64,000 nt of DNA from Leptogorgia sarmentosa (GCA_964658305.1 OZ210885.1:3348001-3412000); one strand, 5' to 3'. Numbered from the stretch's first letter, positions 37,229 through 51,388 are shown. Numbers and translations: made by a program. The notes: generated by a model from the sequence alone, not told the origin.

Positions 37229-39811
37229 TAGTTTAGATGAATGTGCAATTTCTACCTGCAATTCCTATTGCAGGTAGAAATTATGTTTTGAAAATAATAT
37301 TGACTATTTTAAAAAAGATCTATCTATATACATTTTTTATAGGACTGAAGGTGATAAATATTATATTTGCATGAACCTCATAACGTCTGCTTTGCTCAAT
37401 GCATATATATGAGTGATGAGTCATCACACTCATATGCATTGTTATCTTTCTTATAAATTCATAATAACAAGATAATTACATGATAGATATGATAATTTTT
37501 GGATAAATTACTTTTCTTAATCCCAGTTAATGGCATACCTAAGCATGGCATAGAAACAGTCTTTATTTTTCAATAAGTGTAACAGTGGTTTATTTTCATA
37601 CACATTCGATATGTGCTTAAGCCGAAGCACAGAACTCTGTGACCAATACTAGTTATAGAAACAAGATGAGCTATCGATCACTTACCCATCAACCCAAACG
37701 GATGTTAGTTTTTTTCGAAGAAGAAAAAACTACATGCATTTTTCCTACCACCAAAGTCAGACGGATACTGGAGTCAAATCAGTTGGACTTTTAAAAATCG
37801 TGCCATCCAAACTCCTTTAAATAAGTTGAAATCAATTATAAATATCATAGAAGAGTAAAAATCCTATCATTAGATGATGCTAATTTTTGAAAAAAAATTA
37901 AAAATTACAACTAGTCCCTTTCCACATAGCAAGATGCAATGATTGTGCCAAGAAGGGCCACAAGGCTGCCCAATACACAAATTCTCTTATTTAATTTCAG
38001 GTTTTATTGTTCAACCCCTAATGTAGAAAATCTAAATTCTCAACAATCAACATTCTATTTTTTACAACATACAACGGAAACAGTAAGTGCAGTAAATGTT
38101 ATGAAATGTGTTTACAAATTTCAAATATTGCTGTATCAATTTGGCAAGTTGCTTCTTTACAATTCACTAATTTCACTTTATTATATACCCTCATCACTAC
38201 AAACATGTGGCATATCTTTAAAAAAAGTATAGTAGAACATAGTTAAATGCCTTATTAAATATTTTTATCGCCATCAATCACTGTTTGACAAATTATAAGC
38301 CAAATACAATAACATTTGCTTGTACATACATAGCTCATATATCACATCAGATGCTAACAACCTTGTGAAATCCAGAATTTGAAACCTGATAAACCAAAAT
38401 ACTGAAGCTTATAACCTGTGCTGCTAGAAAATATATTACTAGTAATTTACTCAATTGCCCAATACTAACTGCTATCATGCTTTGTGCAAAAGCCCTCTTC
38501 CCTAATCAACAGGTACAGATCCAGTGTCCCAGGAGCCTTGCCCCCACTTTAATTAAAATAATCACTGAGGCTTAATTTTTTTCAAAAGATAGCATCAAGT
38601 CAAATTAAGACATTTATCAAGTTAGATAGTTTTAAGTTGTGCTTCGGGGTTTCAAATAATATAAATTATTACCTTTTGACTAATTGGGCAATAGCAAAAC
38701 TGCAATGTAAAAAATAATACAAGTATGTATATGTTTAATACAAGTTTTGGTCAAACTGAAGATGTATGGTAGCAAGTATCATGTATTCATGATACATGCA
38801 AATCATGAATTCCTGGGTTATCATTGGGTGAAATTGCATACTCAGCCTATTACCAAACTTGATCTTGTGACATGAATAATAGTTGTAATAATTGCCAAAT
38901 GGCAATTCCAATATAAATTACAATTTTAATCCATTTTAAAAAATACATAACCATCTAGAATTTGAAGTTTAAACAAATTAAAATTGCAATTTTTGCAATG
39001 TTTAAAATGATTATTATAATTTAAGGGTGATTTCATCTGGCATTCTTTGGCAATAATCCCATGTTTGCCTATAAACATGTAAAAATTGTCAGACCAGAAA
39101 AAAATTGTGTTGAAAACCCCCAAAATGGTGTCACAGCTGAACATCTGAATGGTAGATCACATGTACGACATCACATGATTATGGAAATAATCTTGAAGGA
39201 ATCTTCTTTCAATACAATGCCATACAATATAAAAATATTTAAATAACTCTATATTGTCAAACGTTTACAACTTAAAATCACCCTTGAAGTTATAATTCGC
39301 AGCTAATATATAGTACAAACAAATGCTGTGATTTGTCAAGGCATTCACAAATAACAGTTTTTACTGTGAACATATTTCACTGATAAGCAGTGTAGGTTTT
39401 CTAGCTTGATTGGTTATTTAGCTTGTTTTTGACAAAATAATTCTACTATCTGATATTTTCTTGATTTTACACTTTAATGATGTGTTATAATCTCACAATT
39501 TGACGATTCGTTACTAAATATATGCTGAATACAAAGGTCGATAAAATTTGTCTACAATACTAAATAAAATCACTAACCTACAATTAAATATAACTGAGCC
39601 AGAAATTGCGTATTCTACAACCATTCTGATAACAAAATTCAAGCGTTTCTAACAGATAAATGTACTATTAAACTACTTTTACTTCTAGTTACTACCGATC
39701 GACAGAACTAATCAAATATGGCTGCCCTGAATATGAATATTTCACGCATGCGTGCGCGGACGGCATGGGTACAAATGGTACAAATTAATAATCAATTTGT
39801 ACTTTTGTTAA

Positions 39812-40476
39812 CAGTGCTCTCACTTCTAAGGATTTTTCCTCAGAAATAGGAATTTTGCAAAGTTTTAAGGATTTTTTTAAGGAATTCATTTTTTAAGGAA
39901 TTTTCTTAATTTTTTAATATTTCGAGAAAAGCCACTGAGATAAAGAATTACTGGAGGGAGTACTGGAGAGAGTGCACTCTTTAGCTTAGTGAGAAAAGCC
40001 TTTGATAAAATTAATGCACTGAGCTAAAGAATTACTAATCAATAATAAAGTAATTCTTAATCTCAGTGGTAAAATGCCTGTAAAACACATGTCACAGCAA
40101 ACTAAAATGTAGTTAAAATTTTAAAAATGGTAATATGGTCTGATAAATAGCGCGAATGTGCGCTCTTCAACACAACATTACGTCTGATAAACCTTCCGGC
40201 TCCGGCTCAGGAGATGATAATTCTCTCATTCTATCCCATTTTATCTTGTATATATTTTAGTAAGCTCAGTTACCTCACAAATTGTGTTTATTAACGATTT
40301 TGAAAGTATTTGGGTCTTGTTTTTAAAACAAGAGGCAAAAGAACGGGATTGTAGGGTACTTCGGGCCTTCGGGGGTGGTTGCAAGGATAAACAAGACATT
40401 TAAGGAATTTTGGGAATATCTGAGGAATTCCGGAGCTCCCGCTAAGGAATTTTGAAAATTCGTTGTGAGAGCGCTG
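39812..40476. mobile_element. hAT-like MITE
   Basis: TIR CAGTGCTCTCAC / GTGAGAGCGCTG, subterminal TAAGGAATT repeats, imperfect CTTTTGT flanking duplication. Confidence 0.65.
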
Positions 40477-41601
40477 CTTTTGTAGTCGCTCGATGCGATA
40501 TCAACAACATGCACAAAAGTAATACAATATTACTCTAGTTTTTGTATGTATAAGTAATGATCGAAGTTTACAATTAGATCGTTCATTCCCGTCATTTTAC
40601 AATTAGCTATAAACGCCCGAAAAATAACTTGTTTTGATTTATTTTACCTCATTCAAGTTTAATATAAAATTACATGGGCAATGGGCATGCCTTTCAGTTT
40701 TTGACTCTTCTTGTTTGCTTTCACGCGTACTTCATTATGACATTTTATTGGATGTTTATTAAGAGGACAGACACAAAGAAATATAAATGGCAGTAACAGT
40801 CATATTATGTAAGCTGTATTGCAGGTTTAAAATGTCTTGAACTCAGTTTTAAAATACAATGGAAGGGTGTTGTTTGAACACAAATGTATCCACAGTTACT
40901 TGTAATAAACAAGAAGGCGATTGCAATTACAATATTGTGAATGGGCTTTCAGCTGCAAGATGCAGTGAAAAATAGTTATAAGCAGAGATTACTAGTACTA
41001 GAGGCTTTATAGCACAGTGTGTCATGAAAACTTCACACTGATAAAATAAGGAACAAAATCACTTTGATTGAATACAGTTTAAAAATTCAGGGAAGAAGAA
41101 ATTGTCAGCTTTAGCCAATGTTTCTCAAATTATGAGGTTTGGTTTAATATTTGTTAGCGAAAAAAAGCCTTTTACTATTGCTTTGCAGATACTCAAATCC
41201 CAAGAGAAACAGAATTGATATTGCAAACTCTGCATTTGAAACATCCAATTTCAGGGCATTACACTTGAAACGTAGCTATTCGTTTTCATGCAATTATCTG
41301 GGCATTTTTAAATAAATTTTTACTACTGAGGTAATGTGAGTCAAGACAGACACGCCATTCATTGTTTCTACATTTATTCAAGTGAACGTTCCAATACTTT
41401 CAGTTCCCACACGACACGACACAACACAACAGTAACATAGTTAATAGCAAATTAATACAAATATAAGTCTGTGACAACTGACATAAGGGCCCATTCTACA
41501 AGAAAATGAAGGATCACTACCTGGGCAAGCACAGGGCCTAGTGGGTCAAATGCGCCAGTAGTTATATAGTTTAAAAATGCCTTGGCAAATATGGTTTCTG
41601 T

Positions 41602-42200
41602 TATAAGATAAGATGTGATAAAAACTTCATTTTGTGCGGGGCAAACAAGAAAAGTGACAAACCTCTACCTAGCATGCTTCATCCTAAACTATGAGTCTAA
41701 TGATATATACGCTATGATCGTAAAACTTTAAAAAATTAGATTTGAAGGTTGTCCAGGGGAGGTTTTCATATAACTTAACTTATAGGTAGAGTGTTCCAAA
41801 TCTGACCTGCTACCAAAGAGATCACGCTCGGTCATAACAGACAACTGAGTTCTTGATCTGTTCAGTATATGGAGTCTACCCAAGTTTTTCAAAACATGGC
41901 TTGCTTCTTGCTCTTGTTGAGACACACATTTTTCTAATTTAGATATTCTAATCGATATACTCTTCAGCATTGCTCACTTGACTGCAGCATTATAATATCC
42001 TATTCGTTCTGCCACAGGAACATAGATTCACAATTTCTTGAGAAGGCCAAGACTGGTGTAATGACTTGAATGTGACAGTGTGGTATCATCAAGTACCAAC
42101 TGAAGTGATCTTGGTAGGTCATTGGTAAACATGGTGGAAGGTAATGGACTCAACACAGATCCCCGGGGCGCTCCTGGAGCAGGGGAATCAAACGTATGGT
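41602..42200 (-). mobile_element. CR1/L2 LINE, heavily deleted 3' part
   Basis: GAPRGSVLSP..FTNDLP; tail reads ATAAGATAAG on + at ~41602. Confidence 0.6.
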
Positions 42201-42707
42201 CTATTGCATTTGCGTCGATTGCATAAACCACTTACCTGTGTCACTTACATTATTTCACCTGCACCTCTTACGGATTTTATTCAAATTACTATTATATAAA
42301 AAAAATCTGAACAGGTGATTTTGTTATTGTTATGATGTACAAATACATTTTTGAGATAAATTGTAAGTAATAAAAATTGACTTCATAAATCTACTATTTT
42401 TTTGTTGAAAAGTATTAAACGCATAACGACATGTGTAGAGTCAACTATAGTTTACCATAATACCTCATAGCTACCTACTAAAATTTTATCCATTATTCTT
42501 CTACAGTTTTCTGTAGAATATGATACTGCTACCAACAGAAGTTATGTTTATTATCCTTCAATACACTATAGTATGGTTACAAGCAGCAGATTTTTTAGTA
42601 TACTACAATATGATACAGCTACCAGCTGGAACTATATCCATTATTCCTCAATCTACTATATTACGGCTACCAGGTGCAGATTTGTGTAGTATTCTGGGGC
42701 CCGTTGT

Positions 42708-43761
42708 CAGGGCCGGATTAACAACGTGCGGGGCCTGTGTCAGATGTTCAGCGCGGAGCCCCTCACACATATTTGTTGAATTATTCACAACGATTAAGCG
42801 CAACTCGATCGATTCAACACACAGTAAATTATTGTCGTCACCAGCTTCATTGATGTCCGATTCATCAGAGGATGTTGCACTCTGTTCCTTGGAAGAAACG
42901 GCAGGGGTTGTTGGTACATCAGATACTTCAAACCATTTCTCAGCAAAGTCTGTCTTTAAAAAACTTGAAAAGTGCAATAGTTCATCAGACAAGCTGTCCT
43001 CCAGATCTGTGGGGTAGGCTTTCTGCAGTTTGATGGCGCATTCGATTAGCTTCTCATTCGACAAGTTCTTAAGGGTTCGCATGAAGCCAAACATAGCAGC
43101 AATTTCTGCATAGGCAGCTAGTCGTTTTCCCAATTCACTGGCAATACTGTCAACAATTACCACAAAGGTTCCTATTCGAAACATGTCGACCGGAGTCTGG
43201 GGCTGTTCAGGTGCTGCTTCGAGATCGTTGTAATGGTGATTACGTCGACGCACTCGTTGCATCTCCGCTTTGTATTGGTCACATTCACTTAATGCTTTTC
43301 CCTTGGTTTCGAACTCTTCAAATCTAGTCCGTACATTTCGGATAAACTCCAGAAGAGATTTATAGATAGCAACGGCTGAATCGAGGTCTTGCTTGGTGGA
43401 CTGTAGTGCTTGACTGCTGCTGTGAAAACGATGCAAGATGTGGTACCACAAAACTGCTAGGCCTGCATGCCATTGTACTTTCCACTCATATTACTGGCGT
43501 TGTTGTAGGACTGACCTCGGCAGTTAGCAATATCAATGCCATGTTTCTCCAAGAATTTCAGCAAGCTTTCGGCTAATTCTCTCTCAGTATGACCGTGCAT
43601 GTCAAGGAAGGTAGCGAAACGTTCAACGTCAACTGGTCAACACGAGACACATCAGGGGTTGAATCAACAGAAATTGAGAAATATTTTGCCATCTTCACCT
43701 CAGAAACAACGTGCTCAAGCACACAATTTCCCATTAAATCGATCATCATGAACATCATCAA
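42708..43761 (-). mobile_element. hAT transposase pseudogene (ZMYM/DUF4371-like) with one terminus
   Basis: KYFSISVDSTPDVS, CRGQSY.NASNMSGKYNG, WYHIL..SQALQ; CAGGGCCGGATT end at 42708. Confidence 0.85.
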
Positions 43762-44119
43762 CAGTTGACAGCATCATCATCATCAACAGGTCTTCATTTC
43801 TCAATAAAGAACAAACCATGTGTTATTTTGTAGAGGTTAACAACTCTACTATCGATACACACGAACCTGACACTATTCCTGCAATAAACTCAGTCATTGC
43901 TAGAATTAATTATTACAATCAAAAGTGAACAGCAAACAATTTGAGAAACTCTTGATAATGGCTCGTGAAAAAGATATAACAAGTAAAATCACATTGCTCA
44001 ATTGCCTACAGAGCTTGGGCAGCCTTGAAACCATGATGAATTCAGTGTGTATTTAAAAAATAAATCATTTGCAGCCAAACATACACCCTTTGCTATGTGC
44101 CTATCTGGTTGCATTTTGA

Positions 44120-44121
<2 letters not shown>

Positions 44122-44166
<45 letters not shown>
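44122..44166. repeat. (ATT)n microsatellite, about 15 units
   Basis: Direct reading. Confidence 0.97.
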
Positions 44167-45007
44167 GTCTATCCCAATCAAAACTACCGAAAAATATATT
44201 CAACTTTACAATACGATATATCAATAACTCTCTTCCGACGCGCAAAAATCTTGTAAGATGGGGTATATCAACAACGTCGGACTGCGCCTATTGCCTAGCT
44301 CCTGAAACGCTCCTACACGTGGTAGCCGGTTGCCAGTCGTACTTAAAACGTTTCACTTTTATGACTCGATTTTAAACTTCCTTGCTACAAACCTCCCAAC
44401 TACCAACCAATCATCTCTTTATGTGGATCTACCTGGCCACAAAAGCCCATCAATTATCACCGGTGACAACTATCGCCCAGATTTACTTCTCTTAACAAAC
44501 AGTGGCTGTCTCTACATTGTCGAACTAACTGTTGGTTTTGAATCAAATCTTGAGAATAACATTAAACGAAAAAAGAGTAAATACTTAGAATTGATTAGTG
44601 AACAGCGTAAAAATTTCAAATCAGTTAAATTTATAAATCTTTCAATGAGTTCCCTTGGTATTTTTGCAAACCAATGCTCAGAATTCTTAGAAATGCTCGA
44701 CGACCTTGGCCTTGAAAATAACCAGAAAATGTTCCATATCAAACGAATGACGACGATTGCAATCAGAACAACATATTATATATTTTGTTGTCGGAATAAA
44801 GAGTGGACAAATCCGGAATTACTGACTTTTTAAATGTTTATATTTCTTATTTGTTATTTGTTATATTGTTGTACGTCCATTATATAACATTGTAGTTCAA
44901 TAATTGATTCAAGTAGCGGATTGTAAATTACCTGACATAAGTGAGATTTACAATTTTATATGTATACTAAAAAAGTTTATTAATAAAGTTTCCATTATTA
45001 TTATTAT
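44167..45007 (+). mobile_element. RLE non-LTR retrotransposon 3' fragment, copy 1 (HERO-like)
   Basis: CAYC..ETLLHVVAGC knuckle, RPDLLL..YIVELTVGFE, AATAAA then ATT tail. Confidence 0.85.
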
Positions 45008-45916
45008 AAACTAACCACTCAACTAACGTCTCAAGGCTCATTTTTTCAACAGTGTATCAAGATACTCCCTGCCACAGGCAAACACAATCTGGTCAACTTG
45101 CCAATCCAAACTACCTAAAAACATGTTCAACTTCACCATCCGGTATATCAACAACACCCTTCCAACGCGCAAAAACCTTGCAAGATGGGGTTTGTCTTCG
45201 TTGACTGAATGTTCGTTCTGTCTTAAACCTGAATCCTTGTTGCATGTCGTGGCTGGTTGCACCTCATATCTGAATCGATTTACTTGGCGACACGACTCAG
45301 TACTCAACTTCATTGCTAATATTCTACGACCTATGGACTTCAATAATATTTATGTTGACCTTCCCGGATTTCTCAACCCCTCAATTGTAACTGGTGATGA
45401 ATATCGGCCTGATTTTCTACTAACGACGAAAGACAACTGTCTTTACATTCTTGAATTGACTGTCGGATATGAAACTAATCTTAGAAATAACATTAAATGA
45501 AAAAAGGACAAATACTTAGATCTTATTGAGGAACAAAATAAACATTTTAAACCTGTTGAATTTATTAATCTTTCTATTAGTGCACTCAGGGTTTTTGACA
45601 AAGAATCGTCTGCTTTCCTAAAAATGCTCAATCGTCTTAATGTCAGTGAATCTCAAACTAAATATTGTATAAAGAAAATTATTAACATTTCTATTAGATC
45701 AACTTACTATATCCTTTACCGCCGCAATAAAGAGTGGACAACTCCTGATTTTATGAAATTTTAAACATTTGATATGAATTGCATGTATATATACAAAATT
45801 GTCTGTAATAGTATATTAGTTATTTCAAGTAGTCAATTGTAAATTACCTACAAAAGTGAGATTTACAGTTGTATATATAGGAAAAATTAATTAATAAAGT
45901 TTTCATTATTATTATT
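45008..45916 (+). mobile_element. RLE non-LTR retrotransposon 3' fragment, copy 2
   Basis: CSFC..ESLLHVVAGC, WRHDSVL, RPDFLL..ILELTVGYE, ATT tail. Confidence 0.85.
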
Positions 45917-47407
45917 TTGGCATAAAGAAAGCACTCACTAAATCTGTCCAATATCTACCAAAGCTAATTATTATTAATAACAGTTTAATCCCAGCCATTG
46001 AATTTGGAAAATCATTTTGCTATTTAGGAAGACATTTCGATTTTGAAATGTTTGATAACAAATACAAATCAGAACTACTCTCCAATCTAACCAAGCTAAT
46101 GACGGATATTGATCTCAAACCATTACATCCAAAGAATAAAATTGCTCTATACAGTCGTTACGTTTTATCTAAACTCTCCTGGCATTTAAGAATTGCAGAC
46201 CTTTCCAGAACCTGGATTTCTGAAAACCTTGATCCAATAGTGAATCAACATATCCGTAAATGGCTAGAGATACCGATATCAGCGACATTAAGTAACGTCT
46301 ATTTAACCCGCAACAAATTTGGCCTAACATCATTCCTCCATCAACTAAATTTGTTCAATGTCAATCGACCATTCGAAATGCTCTAAAGTTATCCACCTGT
46401 CCATCCACAACATATCTCTGCAAATCTACCCACAACCACACCAGTATGCAATACGACCAATACAGCTCAACAAAGGAAGTTCTTAAATCGTTTCGTCGAG
46501 ACCAAAAACACAAACTTAACATCAAATTGTCGCACCAAGGATCGTTCTTTTCAAGCATTTTCATGTTTTCTCTATTAAAACTAAATATGATCTGGTCAAC
46601 TTGTCAATCCAAACTACCGAAAAACATCTTCAATTTTACCATCCGCTACATCAATAATTCCTTACCAACTCGCAAAAACCTTGGTAAATGGGGAATCACA
46701 TCATCGTCAAATTGTTCCTTCTGCCTAAATCCTGAAACTTTGCTCCATGTCGTTGCTGGCTGTAGTCCATGCCTGAATCGATTCACTTGGAGGCACGACT
46801 CAATTCTAAATTTTATATCCAACAATATACCATCACAACACTTTCAGAACATTTTTGCTGATCTGCCCGGATTTCCCAACCCATCAATAATAACAGGTGA
46901 CACATATCGCCCTGATTTGCTGCTGACGACTAAGGACAACTGTCTATATATCCTTGAATTAACCGTGGGATACGAAACTAAACTCCAAAATAACATTGAA
47001 CGTTAACGATCTAAATATTCAGAATTAATTAAAGAACAAATGGAACATTTCAAAACAGTTAAATTTATTAATCTATCTATTAGTGCACTTGGTATTTTTG
47101 ACCAGGAATCGTCTGCTTTTATTGACATGCTTAAACGGCTTAATATAGATAACCATTATAGAAAAATTATAAACATCGCCATCAGGTCAACTTACTACAT
47201 CTTTTGCTGCCGAGACAAGGAATGGTCGAATCCGGATTTGATGAGATTTTAGATATTTTATAAACTTATATATACCCATGAACGTTTTATATAATGCATG
47301 AACTTATATATATCCTTTACGTAATCGAAGTAGTCGATTGTAAATTAAGCGAGATTTGCAATTGTGTGTACATAAGAAAATTATTTCAATAAAGTTTCCA
47401 TTATTAT
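45917..47407 (+). mobile_element. RLE non-LTR retrotransposon 3' fragment, copy 3 (includes end of RT)
   Basis: FCYLG, IRKWLEIP, CSFC..HVVAGC, RPDLLL..ELTVGYE, ATT tail. Confidence 0.85.
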
Positions 47408-47819
47408 GTTGATATTTAGTCAGGATACCCACGTCACCGAAATGTTTTTCAGTGGGGTGAAATGTTTTTCAGTAACTGAAACTCTATGTTACAGTTTTCA
47501 AGATCTATGCATGCAATGATTTAAGTTTGTATATATACAACAATAAGATATCCTACAATACTGATGCCAATACTAAAGTCTACAAGGAGGGGGCATGGCC
47601 CTAATTATGCAGGTTTTACAATATGCTACAGTAATATTCACCAAGACAAAGTTGAGGAGAATATTCTCTGAAAGACACCCAAACAGAGGGAAATAATTGT
47701 TTGAGTATAATTAAAATATTGTGCTGTGCACTTCTGTGATGAATATAATTTACTTCCTTCCTCAATATGCAAGCATTATATAGCTGAATTAAATTTAGAA
47801 AAGCAATCATGCATAATAT

Positions 47820-48912
47820 GGGAGTAATGAATTACCGAGTTGGAATCCGAGTTCGAGTTGGAACCGAGTTGGAAACCGAGTTTGAAAATTTGACTTCACA
47901 ATTTAACTCCCACATTTTTCCACATCAACTCAATGAAACATGCACATTTCTGCATTATCAAAACTGAATGACCTTTCTCTGTAATAAACACGAGATAATT
48001 AAGGTGCTTTCCATCCTTCTGCTCATAACCAATAGGGACCCCACAGACATAATATTGCCCAAATTTCACATCTTTGGTACTTTTTCTTTTATATTCGTTT
48101 ATGGACATAGTAAACCAAAACAATGTTAGATATTCAGTTAATATCCCATCAAAATTTATTAATATAGCGCTGTTCAAAATGTAAACAAAGCGTTGGTTTA
48201 CTGTACGTTACGAGTGGAAGGCACCTTTAACAAGTTATACAGTTTACCACTGGTTTTTACATTTCACATTGAATTCACAATGCATTTTCTATAAAGAAAC
48301 ATTAAAGAGAATACAAAATAAAGAGGAAAAGTAACAGAACAGCAAAATGTTTCTACACTAATATTTGAACTGTCCCCAAAACATATTTTATTCAAGCGAG
48401 AACAATGTGCAACAATTTTTCCCCATAGACCCGTTATACATTTCAAATGCATGAGTTTAACGTAACAGGAACAAAACAAATAACTGTGGCTTTAATGTTT
48501 TTAACTGTGCTGTGCATGCCAGCATATTATTTAATTAATTATTATTATAAATCAAAACAATGTGCACAGCAAAAGTTTTGCTCACCTCGGACTATCACTA
48601 TCGATACAAATAACCTCTGTGAATAAAAAAATAATCACTTTTTTTACAGGCAGGCTTATGAAAATGCGCATATTGTGAACGTAATGAGGTTGATTAATAT
48701 GGATTAAAATCATTATTTACTACTTACCCGGAGACTTCGCCATCAATGGAAAGGTCAAGGGAGCAAGGCAAGCGGCTCTGCAACCGCTGACCGATAAAGC
48801 CGTGAGCAATTCAATCAAATTTTCAACTCGGTTTTGCCAACTCGGTTTCCAACTCGGTTCCAACTCGATTCTAACTCAAACTCGAGTCCGAACTCGGCAA
48901 TTTGTGATTCCC
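47820..48912. mobile_element. Non-autonomous MULE-type element with 9-bp TSD
   Basis: GCATAATAT at 47811-47819 and 48913-48921; inverted arrays of CCGAGTT / AACTCGG at the two ends; contains a Kolobok-like end near 48170-48230. Confidence 0.8.
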
Positions 48913-49242
48913 GCATAATATAACCAGTTAAATTTGAAATGTTGAAGAAACGTTAATTGCTGTTCAGCTATGATGAGATTACATATTTACCAGTTGTTGC
49001 GCTTTCTTTGTAATTCATACCTTATTTCGTACCTAAACGCTTGACCACTTTTTTCTGCCTTTTTGTGTTTTGTGCATTATTTTTTAGTATTTCCCCAAAA
49101 TCGATTTATAATAGCAGAAATAAAAACGACTTTCATATTAAATATACTCTCAAATTTTCTTACATAGAAATGTTTAGAACTATTTACACAATATATTATT
49201 AAATTAAGGACAGAATATTTACAGGTGTACCAATGGTACACA

Positions 49243-51375
49243 TCAGTTAGTCAGTGTTTGCTGCGATGAGGTGTGCGCACCTGGACAACAACTGTTTGGC
49301 TGATAAATCACCAGCAATATATTGTGCCCAATTTGACAGAATCTTTCCCTGTACTGTTTTCGCTGTCTTCGCTTCAGCTTTTTCTCTGACACCAGACGGA
49401 CTTGAACATCAACAAGTTGGGCCTGTTCATGCAGTAGCCTCACCATTAGATAAAGCGACAGGTTTCCGCGCTTGGCATGTCTGTTTAGCATACCATGCCA
49501 GCCTTCCACGTCGTTGTTGGTCCTCACAGCTTGCCCGAAGACACTGCACATTTCTGGCTTCCATAATTCCCCTTTGAAATTAAAATATGTTTTATTAATA
49601 TATGTATCAGCAGTATTGCAAATATCCTAGGCTTAGCTGAATAAATCTTAAATTAGATGCATAATTTTTGGACCTGCATGTGATTACCTTCAATCCAGTT
49701 TCAACGAATATATGTAACTAACTTCGCCAGTAATGGTGTTGTCGCTTTTGTCGCCAAATTCTCGAACATTGTTGGGATGTGTTCTTTCGGCAAATATGGA
49801 AGGGCTAGAAACTTCCAACATAACTTATGGGTGGCATTGTCACTCGTGTATGCTGGATTTTTCTCCAAACGCATTGCACCCAATGGAACGAGCATCCTTG
49901 GATCAATACCTCGGCTGCAAATAATCAAGTTATTAACACTTTTGATATAATCTGGGTGTTTATTAAAAGCTGTTTCAACTATTTCTGTATGGCTATATGA
50001 AGTAGAATACTCGCGTTCTTGAACCAGTCTCGTGCTCTCCGCAGCAGGCAATAGGAATCCCGCGCTCAAATTGCGGCAGTCTTCGCACCGCCAGTCAATA
50101 TCTCCACCGCATCTAACAGCCTTCCGATATGCGATAAGTGAGATCCCACTGTTGCAGGTCCGGTGTTGCCATCTTTCGCAGCAATCGCATAACAGCGCTT
50201 GTTGCCGAGCTCTTACAGGCTCCTTGCAGCGAATACAATTATCTTCGGCAGACATCTTCAGTGGTGAGTAGAACTTGTGACTGTAGTGTAGCAGTGGTGA
50301 GCGTTTGAGTGAATATGGTGTATACTTGCAACACATTTTATACGATTGTGTTTGGCTATTCATGATTAATGACTGTGCAAGAACAATGACATTGACATTG
50401 TATTGCTAATTTTTTACTTTTGTCATGCTTAAGCCAAATAAGGTTTTTAACATCCGGATGACTCATGCTGATGTTTAAGTGTTGTTTTTGATATTTTTAA
50501 ATGTTTTGAAAATATAGTAAGTTAGTTAGTGCTAAAATCCTGTCCTTTTTTAATGTACTCTTGCCGGCGTGCTTGCATGTTAATCAATGCAACATATATT
50601 ATATATACGCGTATTTCTTTGGGTAATGAATGGAAATTGCACATCACAAGTTACCTGGAGGTATGTGTAACTGCTAAATTTTTTTACAAGAAATATTACA
50701 GAACTAATTTAAATCTTAAATTCGAAGATAGAATCTTGTATGGTCCGTCTTTTTAAGTTATATAGTATAAAACTCCTTACGAGCGAAATTGACGAGCGAC
50801 AACGTTTTTTGCATGTAGCAGACAAAAAATGAAATTTGGAAAAAACCAAATATTAAGTATTAAGTAAAATATTAAGTAAAATTTTGTATAAAAGTCGTTA
50901 ATTTCACTATATAGTATATATACTTCAGATTCAGTCGGTAAAAATTGGTGGTTTTCTCACCAATCTATTCACCGGATAACTATCCACCAGACCACCAATC
51001 GGATCAACAAATTCTAAATTTAGAACAACGTCAATAAGCCACCATCTTCGCAAACGTCCGACCATATTTTATTCCTTTTTATTAATCGTTCAGGCCATTT
51101 ATACAAACCACAGTCACAACAGGATTAACTAACAAAAGATGCACTTGGACAATAGATCTATTTATGTTTTTGAAACCGTATATAATGACACTATGACTCA
51201 TTGCTAGAAAGACTCGGAAATATGGCTAAGTAACTAATAGTCTTATGACACAAGTTCATATATACAGTAATAATATAAGTCATTTGTATGGGGCTGTTTT
51301 GACTATCGGATACGGGGCCGTTTTAACTATCGGATATGGGGCTGTTTTGACTTGGGACCATTTTGACTGGACACC
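49243..51375 (-). mobile_element. Internally deleted relative of the 6909-10129 MULE (copy 1)
   Basis: Same terminal repeats inverted at 51280-51375; PHD exon joined to ATHKLC..ALPYLP and RTNNDVEGWH exons. Confidence 0.9.
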
Positions 51376-51388
51376 ACTGGAACACACA

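Noticed and set aside
44047..44375. Poly-Leu / poly-Ile membrane protein ORFs
   Set aside because: Translation of the ATT microsatellite
49701..50363. Host PHD-finger gene of 220 aa
   Set aside because: Read-through of a MULE exon, intron and deletion junction
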